From contig OW818697.1 in NCBI GenBank assembly GCA_942493365.1, forward strand, positions 418,634 to 482,633: 64,000 nucleotides of DNA, given 5' to 3'. The notes under the pieces were generated by a model. That model saw nothing but the letters and a program-made list of their open reading frames with translations, did not search any database and was not told where the DNA came from. The translations under genes were made by a program, and so were the position numbers. The DNA comes from an uncultured Clostridiaceae bacterium (GTDB lineage: Bacteria > Bacillota > Clostridia > Saccharofermentanales > UBA5734). Shown piece after piece: positions 1 to 9,534 of the stretch. How positions within the stretch are numbered: position 1 is the first letter of the stretch; every line of letters begins with the position of its first letter.

Positions 1-2
1 CG

Positions 3-560
3 GTTCGTGAGCTGATCCGTCAAGGGCAGAAGAACCTGACCATTACATCGAATGATACCGGCCGTCCCGGCGTAGCGGTATTCGACCTGGTCAACGAAGG
101 ACGCGTCACCGGTGTCAACGCCACCTACATTGGCTTCAACCCGGAAACCGGCCGCATGATGATGGAGAACCCCGGCTCGGTCTGCCTCTATCCGCAGGGT
201 ACGCTGGCTGAAAAAATTCGCGCCGGCGGCTACGGTCTCGGCGGCATCCTGACGCCCACTGGTGTTGGCACCATCGTCGAAGAGGGTAAACAAAAAATCA
301 GCGTTGGCGGCAAGGACTACCTGCTCGAAGTGGCTATGCGCGCCGATGTCGCCATGATCCGCGCCCATGTCGCTGACGAAGCCGGCAACCTGGTCATTCG
401 CGGCACAGCCAAAAACTTCAACGTCGTTATGGCCGGCGCTGCCGATTATGTCATCGCCGAAGTCGATGAAATTGTGCCCTTTGGCTCGCTCGACCCCGAA
501 ACCATCACCATCCCCAGCCTCTTGATCCATGCCATCGTCAAAGGAGGGTCCGCCCAATGA
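3..560 (+). CDS. CoA-transferase subunit A (3-oxoacid/acetate CoA-transferase family), 5' end outside window
   Basis: The frame is open from the window edge. 'GTLAEKIRAGGYGLGGILTPTGVGT...IRGTAKNFN' is typical of family I CoA-transferase alpha subunits. The stop overlaps the subunit B start in an ATGA. Confidence 0.85.
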   Translation, partial: VRELIRQGQKNLTITSNDTGRPGVAVFDLVNEGRVTGVNATYIGFNPETGRMMMENPGSVCLYPQGTLAEKIRAGGYGLGGILTPTGVGTIVEEGKQKISVGGKDYLLEVAMRADVAMIRAHVADEAGNLVIRGTAKNFNVVMAGAADYVIAEVDEIVPFGSLDPETITIPSLLIHAIVKGGSAQ

Positions 561-1216
561 ACAGTCGTGAGATTATCGCCAAACGCGTGGCCCTGGAATT
601 CAAAGACGGCGATGTCGTCAATCTCGGCATCGGCATCCCCACCCTTGCTTCCAACTACCTGCCCGAGGGCGTCCACATTATGATCCAATCCGAAAACGGC
701 ATGCTCGGCATGGGTCCGGCCGCCGCCCCAGAAGCCGCATCCAATGACCTGACCGATGCCGGCGGCAATCCTGTTACCATCGTTCCCGGTGGCATGTTCT
801 TCGACAGCGCCACCTCGTTTGGCCTTATCCGCGGCGGCCACGTCGACGAAACCGTACTCGGCGCGCTCGAAGTCGACCAGTACGGCAATTTGGCCAACTG
901 GATGATCCCTGGCAAGAAAGTTCCCGGCATGGGCGGCGCGATGGACCTCGTCTGCGGTGCCCGCAAAGTGATCGTGGCTATGGAGCACATCAACAAGGAC
1001 GGCTCGGCCAAAATCCTCGACAAATGCCGTCTGCCGCTGACCGCCGCCAACAAGGTCAATCTGATCATCACCAACATGGCCGTGATCAAGATCAAAAAAG
1101 AGGGCGGCCTGGTCCTGCAGGAATTGGCGCCTGACGTCACCGTCGAAGAAGTCATCGCCGGCACCGACGCCAAACTGGAAATATCACCCGACCTGAAAGT
1201 CATGCCGATTGTCTGA
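557..1216 (+). CDS. CoA-transferase subunit B
   Basis: 'VVNLGIGIPT...QSENGMLGMGP...GGAMDLV' is the beta-subunit signature, including the SENG catalytic Glu region. It is translationally coupled to subunit A. Confidence 0.9.
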   Translation: MNSREIIAKRVALEFKDGDVVNLGIGIPTLASNYLPEGVHIMIQSENGMLGMGPAAAPEAASNDLTDAGGNPVTIVPGGMFFDSATSFGLIRGGHVDETVLGALEVDQYGNLANWMIPGKKVPGMGGAMDLVCGARKVIVAMEHINKDGSAKILDKCRLPLTAANKVNLIITNMAVIKIKKEGGLVLQELAPDVTVEEVIAGTDAKLEISPDLKVMPIV

Positions 1217-1250
1217 GACTATCACATGACCCATTTATTTCTAAATACCT

Positions 1251-2375
1251 ATGGAGGAAACATCAGTGACAAAAACCTACAAAATCTTTACCATCAACCC
1301 CGGCTCAACTTCGACCAAGATTGCGCTGTTCGAAAACGACAACCGCGTCTTTGCCGTCAACGTCTCGCATGACGCGGCGGAACTGGCCAAGTTCACTGAA
1401 ATCAGCGATCAGTTTGACTACCGCAAAGACACCATCCTCAGCGAACTGGCCAAACAGAATGTCACGCTGGATGGCACCGATGCCTTCGTCGGCCGCGGCG
1501 GCGGGCTGGTCGGTCTTGAGGGTGGCACCTACACCGTCAACGACATTTTGTACAACCACGCCAAGGTCGGTTTCACGATCAAGCACCCGGCCACACTGGG
1601 CAGCCAGCTGGCGCGGTACTTTTCACAACAGTACGGCGGCATCGCGCTGGTCGTCAATCCGCCGGACGTTGATGAGTTGCAACTGGTTGCCCGCGTCACC
1701 GGCATTGCCAACGTCACCCGCGAAAGTCGCGGCCATCCGCTCAACCAGAAGGAAATCGGTATCCGCTATGCCAGTTCGATCGGCAAGCGATACGAGGACC
1801 TCAACCTGATTATATCGCACATCGGCGGCGGCGTCTCGATAACGGCCCACCAAAAGGGCCGCATGATCGACACTAACGACGTTGTCAACGGCGACGGCCC
1901 GATGGCGCCGACCCGCGTCGGCTCCATCCCTTGTAAAGACATCATCAACATGTGCTTCTCGGGTGAATACACCAAAAAGCAGATGATGGATTACCTGACC
2001 AAAAACGGCGGCATCGTCGATCACCTCGGCACCTCCGACGCCCGCGAAGTCCGAGCGATGATCGACAAGGGTGACAAATACGCTGAGCTGGTTTACGATG
2101 CCATGATCTATCAGATCGGCAAATTTATCGGCGCCTATGCCGCCGTCATGCACGGCAAAGTGGACGCCATCATCCTGACCGGTGGCATTGCCAACGATAC
2201 CTACCTGACATCCAAGGTGACCGAAATGGTCAGTTTCATCGCCCCGGTCAAAGTCATGCCGGGCGAATTCGAGATGGAAGCTCTGGCCAGCGGTGCCCTC
2301 CGCGTCCTGAAGGGCGATGAACAGCCCAAAGAATATACCGGCATCCCGGTCTTCACCGGCTTCGACCGCGGCTGA
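1251..2375 (+). CDS. buk: butyrate (short-chain acyl) kinase
   Basis: The 374-aa product starts 'ILTINPGSTSTKIALFE'-like and carries 'ISHIGGGVSITAH' and 'ILTGGIA', the ASKHA fold motifs of butyrate kinases. Confidence 0.9.
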   Translation: MEETSVTKTYKIFTINPGSTSTKIALFENDNRVFAVNVSHDAAELAKFTEISDQFDYRKDTILSELAKQNVTLDGTDAFVGRGGGLVGLEGGTYTVNDILYNHAKVGFTIKHPATLGSQLARYFSQQYGGIALVVNPPDVDELQLVARVTGIANVTRESRGHPLNQKEIGIRYASSIGKRYEDLNLIISHIGGGVSITAHQKGRMIDTNDVVNGDGPMAPTRVGSIPCKDIINMCFSGEYTKKQMMDYLTKNGGIVDHLGTSDAREVRAMIDKGDKYAELVYDAMIYQIGKFIGAYAAVMHGKVDAIILTGGIANDTYLTSKVTEMVSFIAPVKVMPGEFEMEALASGALRVLKGDEQPKEYTGIPVFTGFDRG

Positions 2376-2464
2376 CCCCGAGCCGCCCAACCAACTGTTT
2401 AATCCCTTCCGGACAGCGCACCCCGCCGCCGGCAGGATTATAAAATGAAAGGAGTCTTAAGAAC

Positions 2465-2704
2465 ATGAAAGAAGAAATACTGGCCATGATTATCGAGAAG
2501 GCCGCCAGCATCTACCAGCTCGACCCCGCAACCTTGAGTGCGGCTACCCGCTTTAATGAGGATTACAATGCCAAGTCGATGGATTTGGTCAAAATCATTG
2601 GCGTCCTTGAGGACGAATTCGGCCTCGACATCAACTTTATGGAATTTCGTCGCAAACTGACCTTCGGCGAAGCTGCCGATTATGTCACCGGCCTGGCCGA
2701 ATAA
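2465..2704 (+). CDS. acyl carrier protein-like, stand-alone
   Basis: The 79-aa acidic helical protein has 'AKSMDLVKIIGVLEDEFGL', matching the ACP 'DSLD..EL....EEEF' phosphopantetheine-Ser region. An AAAGGAG ribosome-binding site lies upstream. Confidence 0.7.
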   Translation: MKEEILAMIIEKAASIYQLDPATLSAATRFNEDYNAKSMDLVKIIGVLEDEFGLDINFMEFRRKLTFGEAADYVTGLAE

Positions 2705-2719
2705 GGGGAGGAAAAATTA

Positions 2720-4486
2720 ATGACGCTGACAAAAGAAATGGTCCTGAGCATGAAAGCCGAACGTATCACCAAAATCAAAAAGTTCGGCGATGAAGAGATC
2801 GAATGTGTCTATCGCAAATGCAGAAAACCGCTGACCAAGGAAGAACTTTCCAAGATGAGCGGCACAGCGACGGATTTCTTTGGTTTTTGCCCGGAGTTCA
2901 ACCAGCGCACCTACATTGCCGAAGACGGCATCATCTGTGACCAGGACGTCGCCGTGAAACTGCGCGATGGCACGACGATTTACACCGACATTTTCCGCCC
3001 GCAGAACGCGACCGGCAAGGTCCCCTGCATCGTTTCCTGGAGCCCCTTCGGCAAACGTCCGGGTGACGGCATGGACGAATGGAAAATCATGGGCGTCCCG
3101 CCCCAGACCGTTTCCAACATGGCCAAATTCGAATCGGTTGACCCGGCCTACTGGTGCCGTCAAGGTTACGCGGTCGCCAATGTTGACCCGCGCGGCATCG
3201 GCCATTCCGAAGGCGATCATGAACTGTTCGGCGGCCAGGATGGCCGTGACGGCTACGATTTCATCGAATGGCTCGCGACCCAGGATTGGTGCGGCAAAAT
3301 CGGCATGTGCGGCAACTCCGGCGTCGCCATGGTTCACTGGCGTATCGCCGCCGAACAGCCGCCGAACCTGGTCTGTATCGCTCCGTGGGAAGGCACCGCT
3401 GACATGTACCGCGAATCCACCTACGAAGGCGGCATCCCGGCCTTTGGCTTCCCCGAATTCATCGCCGGCTCGGTTACCGGTGAAAACTACATCGACGACA
3501 TGGTTCTGATGGCCGTTAAATATCCGAAAATGAACGGCTACTGGGAAGACAAAGCACCAAAAATGGAAAAAATCAAAATCCCCGTTTATGCCACGGCCTG
3601 CTGGAACCACTTCCACCTGCGCGGCGCATGGGATGGCTTCCGCAAGGTCCGTTCGGCCAAAAAGTGGATGCGCGCCCATCGCGAATTTGAGTGGCCGGAT
3701 GCCTACTGCACCGAAGGCCTCGAAGATCTCAAGCGCTTCTATGATCGCTATCTGAAGGATATCCGCAACGGCTGGGAGCTGACCCCGAAAATTCGCATCG
3801 AAGTTCAGGATGCCTACGACTTCGATTTCCAAAAAGCCCGTCCGGAGAAAGAATGGCCGATTGCCCGCACCGATTACCGCAAGCTATACATGGATGCCGC
3901 TTCGGCTTCGATGGCCTATAACACCTGCGCCAAGGAGTCTAAAGTCAGCTATGATGCCGCAACCGGACTGACCACCTTCGACGTTAAGTTCACTGAAGAC
4001 ACCGAAATTACCGGCTACATGAAGCTGCACATGTTTGTTGAAGCCATTGGCAATGATGACATGGACTTCTTTATCAACGTTCAGAAGCTCGACGAGCAAG
4101 GCAACTGGCTGCCGGTCAGCGTGCTCGGCGAACCCCATCCGGGTGCCTGGGGCAAAATGCGTGTCTCAGCGCGCGAGCTGGATACCAAACTGTCCACCGA
4201 TTACCGCCCGATCCAGAAACACACCAGCGAACTCAAGCTCACAGCTGGCGAAATCGTGCCGGTTGACATTGAGATTTGGCCGACCAGCCGCCTCTGGCAC
4301 AAAGGCCAGCAGCTGCGCCTGCAGATTGCCGGTCATTACATTCGCGAGGGCTGGTTCGAACGCCTGGAATGGGACACCAACAACAAGGGCCAGCACGTTA
4401 TCCACACGGGCGGGCAATTTGAGTCTTATCTGCAGATCCCGGTCATTCCGCCGCGTTACGTTGCCGGCGACTACGTTTACCGATAA
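2720..4486 (+). CDS. CocE/NonD family (S15 X-Pro dipeptidyl-peptidase-like) hydrolase
   Basis: The 588-aa product has 'GYAVANVDPRGIGHSEG', 'DGYDFIEWLATQDWCGKIGMCGNSGVAM' and a C-terminal beta-sandwich-like region, as in CocE/NonD esterases and amidases. Confidence 0.8.
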   Translation: MTLTKEMVLSMKAERITKIKKFGDEEIECVYRKCRKPLTKEELSKMSGTATDFFGFCPEFNQRTYIAEDGIICDQDVAVKLRDGTTIYTDIFRPQNATGKVPCIVSWSPFGKRPGDGMDEWKIMGVPPQTVSNMAKFESVDPAYWCRQGYAVANVDPRGIGHSEGDHELFGGQDGRDGYDFIEWLATQDWCGKIGMCGNSGVAMVHWRIAAEQPPNLVCIAPWEGTADMYRESTYEGGIPAFGFPEFIAGSVTGENYIDDMVLMAVKYPKMNGYWEDKAPKMEKIKIPVYATACWNHFHLRGAWDGFRKVRSAKKWMRAHREFEWPDAYCTEGLEDLKRFYDRYLKDIRNGWELTPKIRIEVQDAYDFDFQKARPEKEWPIARTDYRKLYMDAASASMAYNTCAKESKVSYDAATGLTTFDVKFTEDTEITGYMKLHMFVEAIGNDDMDFFINVQKLDEQGNWLPVSVLGEPHPGAWGKMRVSARELDTKLSTDYRPIQKHTSELKLTAGEIVPVDIEIWPTSRLWHKGQQLRLQIAGHYIREGWFERLEWDTNNKGQHVIHTGGQFESYLQIPVIPPRYVAGDYVYR

Positions 4487-4495
4487 GTGATGTGG

Positions 4496-4548
4496 GAAGA
4501 GTGAAGCGTCCGGGATGATTTCCGCAGCGCTTCACTCTTCACTCTTTT
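4496..4548 (+). terminator. rho-independent terminator or attenuator after the hydrolase gene
   Basis: A 13-bp perfect stem pairs GAAGAGTGAAGCG (4496-4508) with CGCTTCACTCTTC (4528-4540). It is followed by ACTCTTTT. Confidence 0.65.
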
Positions 4549-4582
4549 ACGACCTCAACCATGAGCTACTACTGGAGGATTA

Positions 4583-5899
4583 ATGAAGAATTTGAAAAGA
4601 CAGGGCTGGATCGTTTTAGCGACCGCGACCGGCATCAATTTTCTGGCGGGTCTGCTTTACATCTGGAGTGTCATCAAAACCGGTCTCAAAAATGATTTGG
4701 GATGGAATGATATGCAGGCCACACTGCCGTACACGGTTGCCATCGTTGCCTTTGTCTGCACCATGGTTGGTATTGGCAAACTGCAGGACATCAAAGGTCC
4801 ACGCCTGACAGCCACCTTGTCTGGAATCTTGATGGGTTCCGGATTAATACTTTCCAGTCTGCACACTGACCCAACCCTGATGATCATCACCTTTGGCGTG
4901 ATAACCGGCGCCGGTTGCGGCATCAGCAATGTTTCGACTGTACCCCCGGCTGTCAAATGGTTTTCCCCAACGAAGAAGGGCATGGTCACCGGCGTCGTCG
5001 TTGCCGGTGTCGCCTTGGCCTCTGTTTTCTACTCACCCTTCACCCACACCTTGATCGGCACCAAAGAAAATCCCAGTCTGGGTCTTTCGGGAACATTTCT
5101 GGTCATGGGCATCGGCATCCTGATTTTGACGGTTTTCTTTGCCCAATTTTTGAAAAATCCACCGATCGGTTTTGACGCAGCCACATCAACCATCGCTGAT
5201 GCGGGACATGCTACAGCGGCGATAGAAGCAGAGAAGGTAAAAAACTTTGGCGCTGACCTCAATTGGATGCAACTGCTCAAGCGACTGGACTTTTATAAAT
5301 TGTGGATCATGTTCGCCTTTGCTTCTGCCGCCGGCTTATTTGTCATCGGCAACGTCATGCAAATAGCTGCCGGTCAATCCGGCATGATCAAGGCGGATAT
5401 TGACAAATATTCTTTCTTACTGGTCATTTTACTGGCCATCTTTAATGCCATCGGTCGCTTTCTGGGTGGTTCCCTGGCCGACAAAATACATCATTATACG
5501 TTGCTGAGCATTATCTTTGCCGTCGCTGCAACCAACATAGCGCTCTTTTCTGTCTACAACAACATCGTTCTGGTCAGCATCGGAATTGCTGTTGCAGGTC
5601 TCTGCTACGGCGCCGGATTTGCTGCCTTCCCGACGATCATGGTCAGTAATTACGGGGTAAAAAATTACGGTTCGAACTACGGCATAATTATGACAGCCTG
5701 GGGCGTTGGCAGCATTATCGGTCCGATGGTCGCGGCAGCAATTCGCGATTCTTCCGGCACCTATACTGCGGCCTATTTCTTTTGCTGCGCCCTGTTGGTT
5801 ATTGCCCTGTTGATCGCACTTGCAACCCGATTCGGAAAAAAAGAGAACTGCTGCAACTACCAAATGAAGACCAGCATTACAAGTTGCCCACTGGAGTGA
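4583..5899 (+). CDS. MFS transporter (oxalate/formate antiporter-like subfamily)
   Basis: The 438-aa product has about 12 hydrophobic helices. The N-terminal 'GLLYIWSV...LGW' pattern is typical of OFA-type MFS proteins. Confidence 0.75.
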   Translation: MKNLKRQGWIVLATATGINFLAGLLYIWSVIKTGLKNDLGWNDMQATLPYTVAIVAFVCTMVGIGKLQDIKGPRLTATLSGILMGSGLILSSLHTDPTLMIITFGVITGAGCGISNVSTVPPAVKWFSPTKKGMVTGVVVAGVALASVFYSPFTHTLIGTKENPSLGLSGTFLVMGIGILILTVFFAQFLKNPPIGFDAATSTIADAGHATAAIEAEKVKNFGADLNWMQLLKRLDFYKLWIMFAFASAAGLFVIGNVMQIAAGQSGMIKADIDKYSFLLVILLAIFNAIGRFLGGSLADKIHHYTLLSIIFAVAATNIALFSVYNNIVLVSIGIAVAGLCYGAGFAAFPTIMVSNYGVKNYGSNYGIIMTAWGVGSIIGPMVAAAIRDSSGTYTAAYFFCCALLVIALLIALATRFGKKENCCNYQMKTSITSCPLE

Positions 5900-5903
5900 A
5901 AAA

Positions 5904-8012
5904 ATGGAAAACATTAAACTGACAATCGATGGAAAGAGCATCTCCGCCGAACCAGGCCAATCGGTCATGCAGGCGGCGCTGGCTGCCAGCATCTACATTC
6001 CGCACCTGTGTTCACATGACGATTTGGTGCCCGCGGGGGCCTGTCGTCTGTGCGTCGTGGAGATTGAGGGGATGTCGGAAGCAGTGACCTCGTGCTCGAC
6101 GGCGGCGGTGGATGGCATGGTGGTCATCACCAGGTCTGAACGCCTGAAGAAAATGCGCCGTCTGGCCGGCGAGCTTCTGCTGGCACCGCACCCTTCAGAT
6201 TGCACGTCCTGCCCCAAGTATCTGAAGTGTGAACTGCAGGCGCTGATTCAGTATCTGGAAATCAGTGATCAGCGTATCCGCAAACGCGCCAACAACGTCG
6301 CACCCAATGTCGACAATCCACTGGTCATTCATGACATGTTCCGTTGCATTCTTTGCGGCCGCTGCATACGCGCCTGCGGCGAACTGCGCGGCATCGAAGC
6401 CATCACCTTCAAAGAGGTTGACGGCCGCGTCCGCGTGATGCCCACCCAGGGCACGCTGGCCGACTCGGGCTGCAAATTTTGCGGGGCCTGCATTGAGGTT
6501 TGCCCGACGGGCTCGATCGTCGATCAGATCGGCGTGGTCAAAACCGACCGCACCAAGGCCGACTATCTCGTGCCCTGCCGCTACACCTGCCCCGCCAGCA
6601 TCGACATCCCGCGCTACATTCGCTTGGTCAAGGAAGGCAAACCGGCCGAGGCCAATGCCGTCATTCGCGAAAAAGTGCCCTTTCCCGGCGTTTTGGGCCA
6701 CATCTGCAACCACCTTTGTGAAAACGATTGCCGCCGCGGCCAGGTCAACGAGGCCATTGCCATCAAAGAACTCAAGCGCTTTGCTTTTGAGAACGATGAC
6801 GGGCAGTGGCGCGAGCGCTCTTTCAAAAAAGCCGCCACCGGCCGCAAAATTGCCATCATCGGTTCAGGCCCGGCCGGCCTGACCGCCGCCTATTATCTGG
6901 CCAAACTTGGCCATGGTGTGACGATTTTCGAAGCCCTGGCCCAGGCCGGCGGCATGATGCGCGTCGGTATCCCGCGCCATCGCTTGCCTGCTGCGGTGCT
7001 GGACGGCGAAATTGACATCGTCCGCGAAGCCGGTGTCGAAATTCGCACCAATGCCAAAGTCGAGTCGGCGCCGGAACTGCTCAAGCAAGGCTTTGAAGCC
7101 GTCCTGGCCGCGCCGGGTGCCCATCAGGGCATCAAAATGCCCATGCCGGGCGCTGATCTTGAGGGCATTCTTATCAACACAACCTTCCTGCGTCAGGTCG
7201 CACTGGGTGAACCGGTCAAGATTGGCGCCAACGTCGTCGTCCTGGGCGGCGGCAACGTTGCCTTTGACTGCGCCGGCGCTGCTCGCCGACTGGGCGCCAA
7301 GCAAGTTACCGTGCTTTGTCTGGAATCGCGAGAGGAAATGAAAGCCAGTCCCGAAGAAATCGAAGAGGCCATGGAAGAGGGCGCCACTGTGCACCCGTCG
7401 ATCTCCTTTACCGGCATTACGGGCGAAAACGGCCATGTCACCGGCGTACAGTGCAGCAAGGTCTGCACCTTCCACTTCGACGAACAAGGCCGCGCTGTCA
7501 TCGTTTGCGAAGTCGGCTCCGAGCACATCATCCCTGCTGACACCATTATCTTTGCTGTCGGTCAGCGCCCCGATCTCAGCGAACAATTTGGCTTGCCTCT
7601 GGGTCGCGGCAACCGTATCACGTCTGACAACAAGGCCATGACCACCCTGGTTGACGGTGTCTTTGCCGCTGGCGATGCGGTCTATGGCACGCTGTCGGTC
7701 ATCGAGGCCATTGCAGCCGGCCGCCGCGCCGCCACCGCCATTGATACCTTCTTGGGTGGTGAAGGCAAAATCGACGAAGAACTGGCCCCGCCGACGCCGA
7801 TGAATCCGTGGTTTGGCCGTGAAGAACAATTTGCCGCCAAGCCGCGCTGCCAGTCGGCCAGCCTGCCGGTTGATCAACGCGATCTGAGCAGCGAAGTCGA
7901 TATGGGCTATACCCCCGGCGAAGCCTGCACCGAATCAGAACGCTGCCTGCAGTGCGATCAGCGGCTGGGCATTTCCAGACAAAAATTCTGGAACGAATAT
8001 GACGTGCGATGA
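5904..8012 (+). CDS. multi-cluster Fe-S flavoprotein: NuoG/HydA-like 2Fe-2S plus 4Fe-4S N-terminus fused to GltD/NfnB-like NAD(P)H FAD oxidoreductase
   Basis: The N-terminus has 'CRLCVVEIEG', 'HPSDCTSCPKYLKC' and two CxxCxxCxxxCP motifs. It continues with the GltD-type 'CENDCRR' and 'KIAIIGSGPAGLTAAYYLA'. Confidence 0.75.
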   Translation: MENIKLTIDGKSISAEPGQSVMQAALAASIYIPHLCSHDDLVPAGACRLCVVEIEGMSEAVTSCSTAAVDGMVVITRSERLKKMRRLAGELLLAPHPSDCTSCPKYLKCELQALIQYLEISDQRIRKRANNVAPNVDNPLVIHDMFRCILCGRCIRACGELRGIEAITFKEVDGRVRVMPTQGTLADSGCKFCGACIEVCPTGSIVDQIGVVKTDRTKADYLVPCRYTCPASIDIPRYIRLVKEGKPAEANAVIREKVPFPGVLGHICNHLCENDCRRGQVNEAIAIKELKRFAFENDDGQWRERSFKKAATGRKIAIIGSGPAGLTAAYYLAKLGHGVTIFEALAQAGGMMRVGIPRHRLPAAVLDGEIDIVREAGVEIRTNAKVESAPELLKQGFEAVLAAPGAHQGIKMPMPGADLEGILINTTFLRQVALGEPVKIGANVVVLGGGNVAFDCAGAARRLGAKQVTVLCLESREEMKASPEEIEEAMEEGATVHPSISFTGITGENGHVTGVQCSKVCTFHFDEQGRAVIVCEVGSEHIIPADTIIFAVGQRPDLSEQFGLPLGRGNRITSDNKAMTTLVDGVFAAGDAVYGTLSVIEAIAAGRRAATAIDTFLGGEGKIDEELAPPTPMNPWFGREEQFAAKPRCQSASLPVDQRDLSSEVDMGYTPGEACTESERCLQCDQRLGISRQKFWNEYDVR

Positions 8013-8025
8013 AAGGCGGCCAGTG

Positions 8026-9534
8026 ATGAATATGCAATGGATCAAAACATCCTACCCCCAGGTCATGCTGACCGGCGACAACCAAACCGTCAGCGGCAAT
8101 TTCAGCGCACTGCGCAAAGTCCTGGCCGGCGACGGTGCGGCCGCGCTTGCCGCGCTTGCTGCGTCCGGTTTGCGCGGCCGTAGCGGCATCGCGCGCCCTG
8201 TTGCGGAAAAATGGCAGCTATGCGCAGCCCAGCCTACCGGACCCAAAATCGTCATCATGAACACCATCGACGGCGATGTCGGCATGCCGGCCGCAGCGAC
8301 GCTGTTGGCCATTGACCCGGTTTCAGCCATCGAAGGGCTGATCATCACCGGCTATGCAGTCGGCGCGCAACAGGGCTACCTATATGTTGACCAAACCAAC
8401 GCTGAGCAGTTGGCCAGCTTGCAAGCGACCGTGAAAAGCATGACAACAGCCGGCGTTCTGGGTGAAAACATTTTGGGTTCGAAGTTCAATTTCAATCTGG
8501 AAATTGCTGCCCGCCCGGCCAAATTCGTCTGTCGCGAAGACACGGCGCTGATCGCCGGTCTGTCCGGCCACCCGGTCATGTCCGGCCTGACGACACCCAT
8601 GCCGGCCGAGAAGGGCTACAAGGGTCTGCCGACCGTCGCGCACCACGCCGAAACGCTGGCGCAGATTGCAGCGTTTTTTCGCCAAGAAAAACCCGCGCAG
8701 ACCAAGCTGTTCTCACTGATCGGTGATATTCAGAACAACGGTCTGATGGAACTACCTCTGGGCAGTAATTTGCGAACCATAATCGAAGAAATCGGCATCG
8801 TTCCCGAAGGAAAAACCATCAAGTTTGTTCAGGTGGGCGGACCCAACGGCTCCATTTTGACCGGCGACGAGCTTGACATCGCACTCGACTTCGCCAACTT
8901 CGAGGCGACCGGCCGCAATCTCGGCACCGGCAGCATCGTTGTACGCAACACCGACGCCTGTGTGGTCGACTACATTAAGACCAACACCGATCTGATGAAC
9001 AAAGCCGCCTGCGGCAAATGTGTCATGGGCCGTGAGGGCTCCTGGCAGCTCAAGGAATTCATCCACGATTCGACCATCGGCAAAAGCAAAAATGACGACC
9101 TCGACATGATGCAGGAACTCTGCCAAGGTATGAGCGAAGGCGCCATGTGCTCGGTCTGCCGCTCGGCCGGTGCTGCATTTTTATCGGCGCTGGAGCGTTT
9201 CGGCAGTGAATTCGAGCAACACATGAAACGCAAGAAGTGTCAAACACTGGTCTGCAGCAAGTATGTCACCTTCCATATTCTGCCCGACAAATGCACCGGC
9301 TGCACCGATTGCCTGAACAAGTGTCCGGTCTCGGCCATCGAAGGCGAAAAGGGCTACATTCACGTCATCGATGAAGACACCTGCAACCAATGCGGCATTT
9401 GCGAGACGATCTGCAAACCCAACGCCGACGCCATCGTGCGGGCCGGCGCCATCAAACCGCAGACCCCGGACGAGCCGATTCCGGTCGGCACCTTCAAAAA
9501 GAAGCCCGGAATGGGCGGCGCGCGGCGGTTTTAA
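8026..9534 (+). CDS. NuoF/HydB-like (Complex I 51 kDa family) Fe-S protein with C-terminal 2x[4Fe-4S] ferredoxin domain
   Basis: It has 'GLRGRSG...EKW', 'CREDTALIAGLSG', 'CGKCVMGREG' and C-terminal 'CTGCTDCLNKCP...CNQCGICETIC'. The ORF opens at 7999, but the ATG at 8026 has an AAAGGCGG ribosome-binding site. The FMN-loop motif is divergent. Confidence 0.7.
   Translation: MNMQWIKTSYPQVMLTGDNQTVSGNFSALRKVLAGDGAAALAALAASGLRGRSGIARPVAEKWQLCAAQPTGPKIVIMNTIDGDVGMPAAATLLAIDPVSAIEGLIITGYAVGAQQGYLYVDQTNAEQLASLQATVKSMTTAGVLGENILGSKFNFNLEIAARPAKFVCREDTALIAGLSGHPVMSGLTTPMPAEKGYKGLPTVAHHAETLAQIAAFFRQEKPAQTKLFSLIGDIQNNGLMELPLGSNLRTIIEEIGIVPEGKTIKFVQVGGPNGSILTGDELDIALDFANFEATGRNLGTGSIVVRNTDACVVDYIKTNTDLMNKAACGKCVMGREGSWQLKEFIHDSTIGKSKNDDLDMMQELCQGMSEGAMCSVCRSAGAAFLSALERFGSEFEQHMKRKKCQTLVCSKYVTFHILPDKCTGCTDCLNKCPVSAIEGEKGYIHVIDEDTCNQCGICETICKPNADAIVRAGAIKPQTPDEPIPVGTFKKKPGMGGARRF

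Noticed and set aside
446-988. A long antisense or alternative-frame ORF overlaps an annotated gene. The same pattern recurs throughout the GC-rich parts, for example 1623-2390 (-), 2717-3832 (-), 6864-7877 (-), 12174-13073 (-), 25025-25909 (+), 42834-43541 (-), 53734-55176 (+) and 59068-59943 (+).
   Set aside because: Each one lies opposite or out of frame to a gene with clear family motifs. Their translations are Arg/Ala/Gly/Pro-rich low-complexity sequence with no recognisable domain and no ribosome-binding site. This is the expected artefact of stop-poor alternative frames in GC-rich coding DNA.
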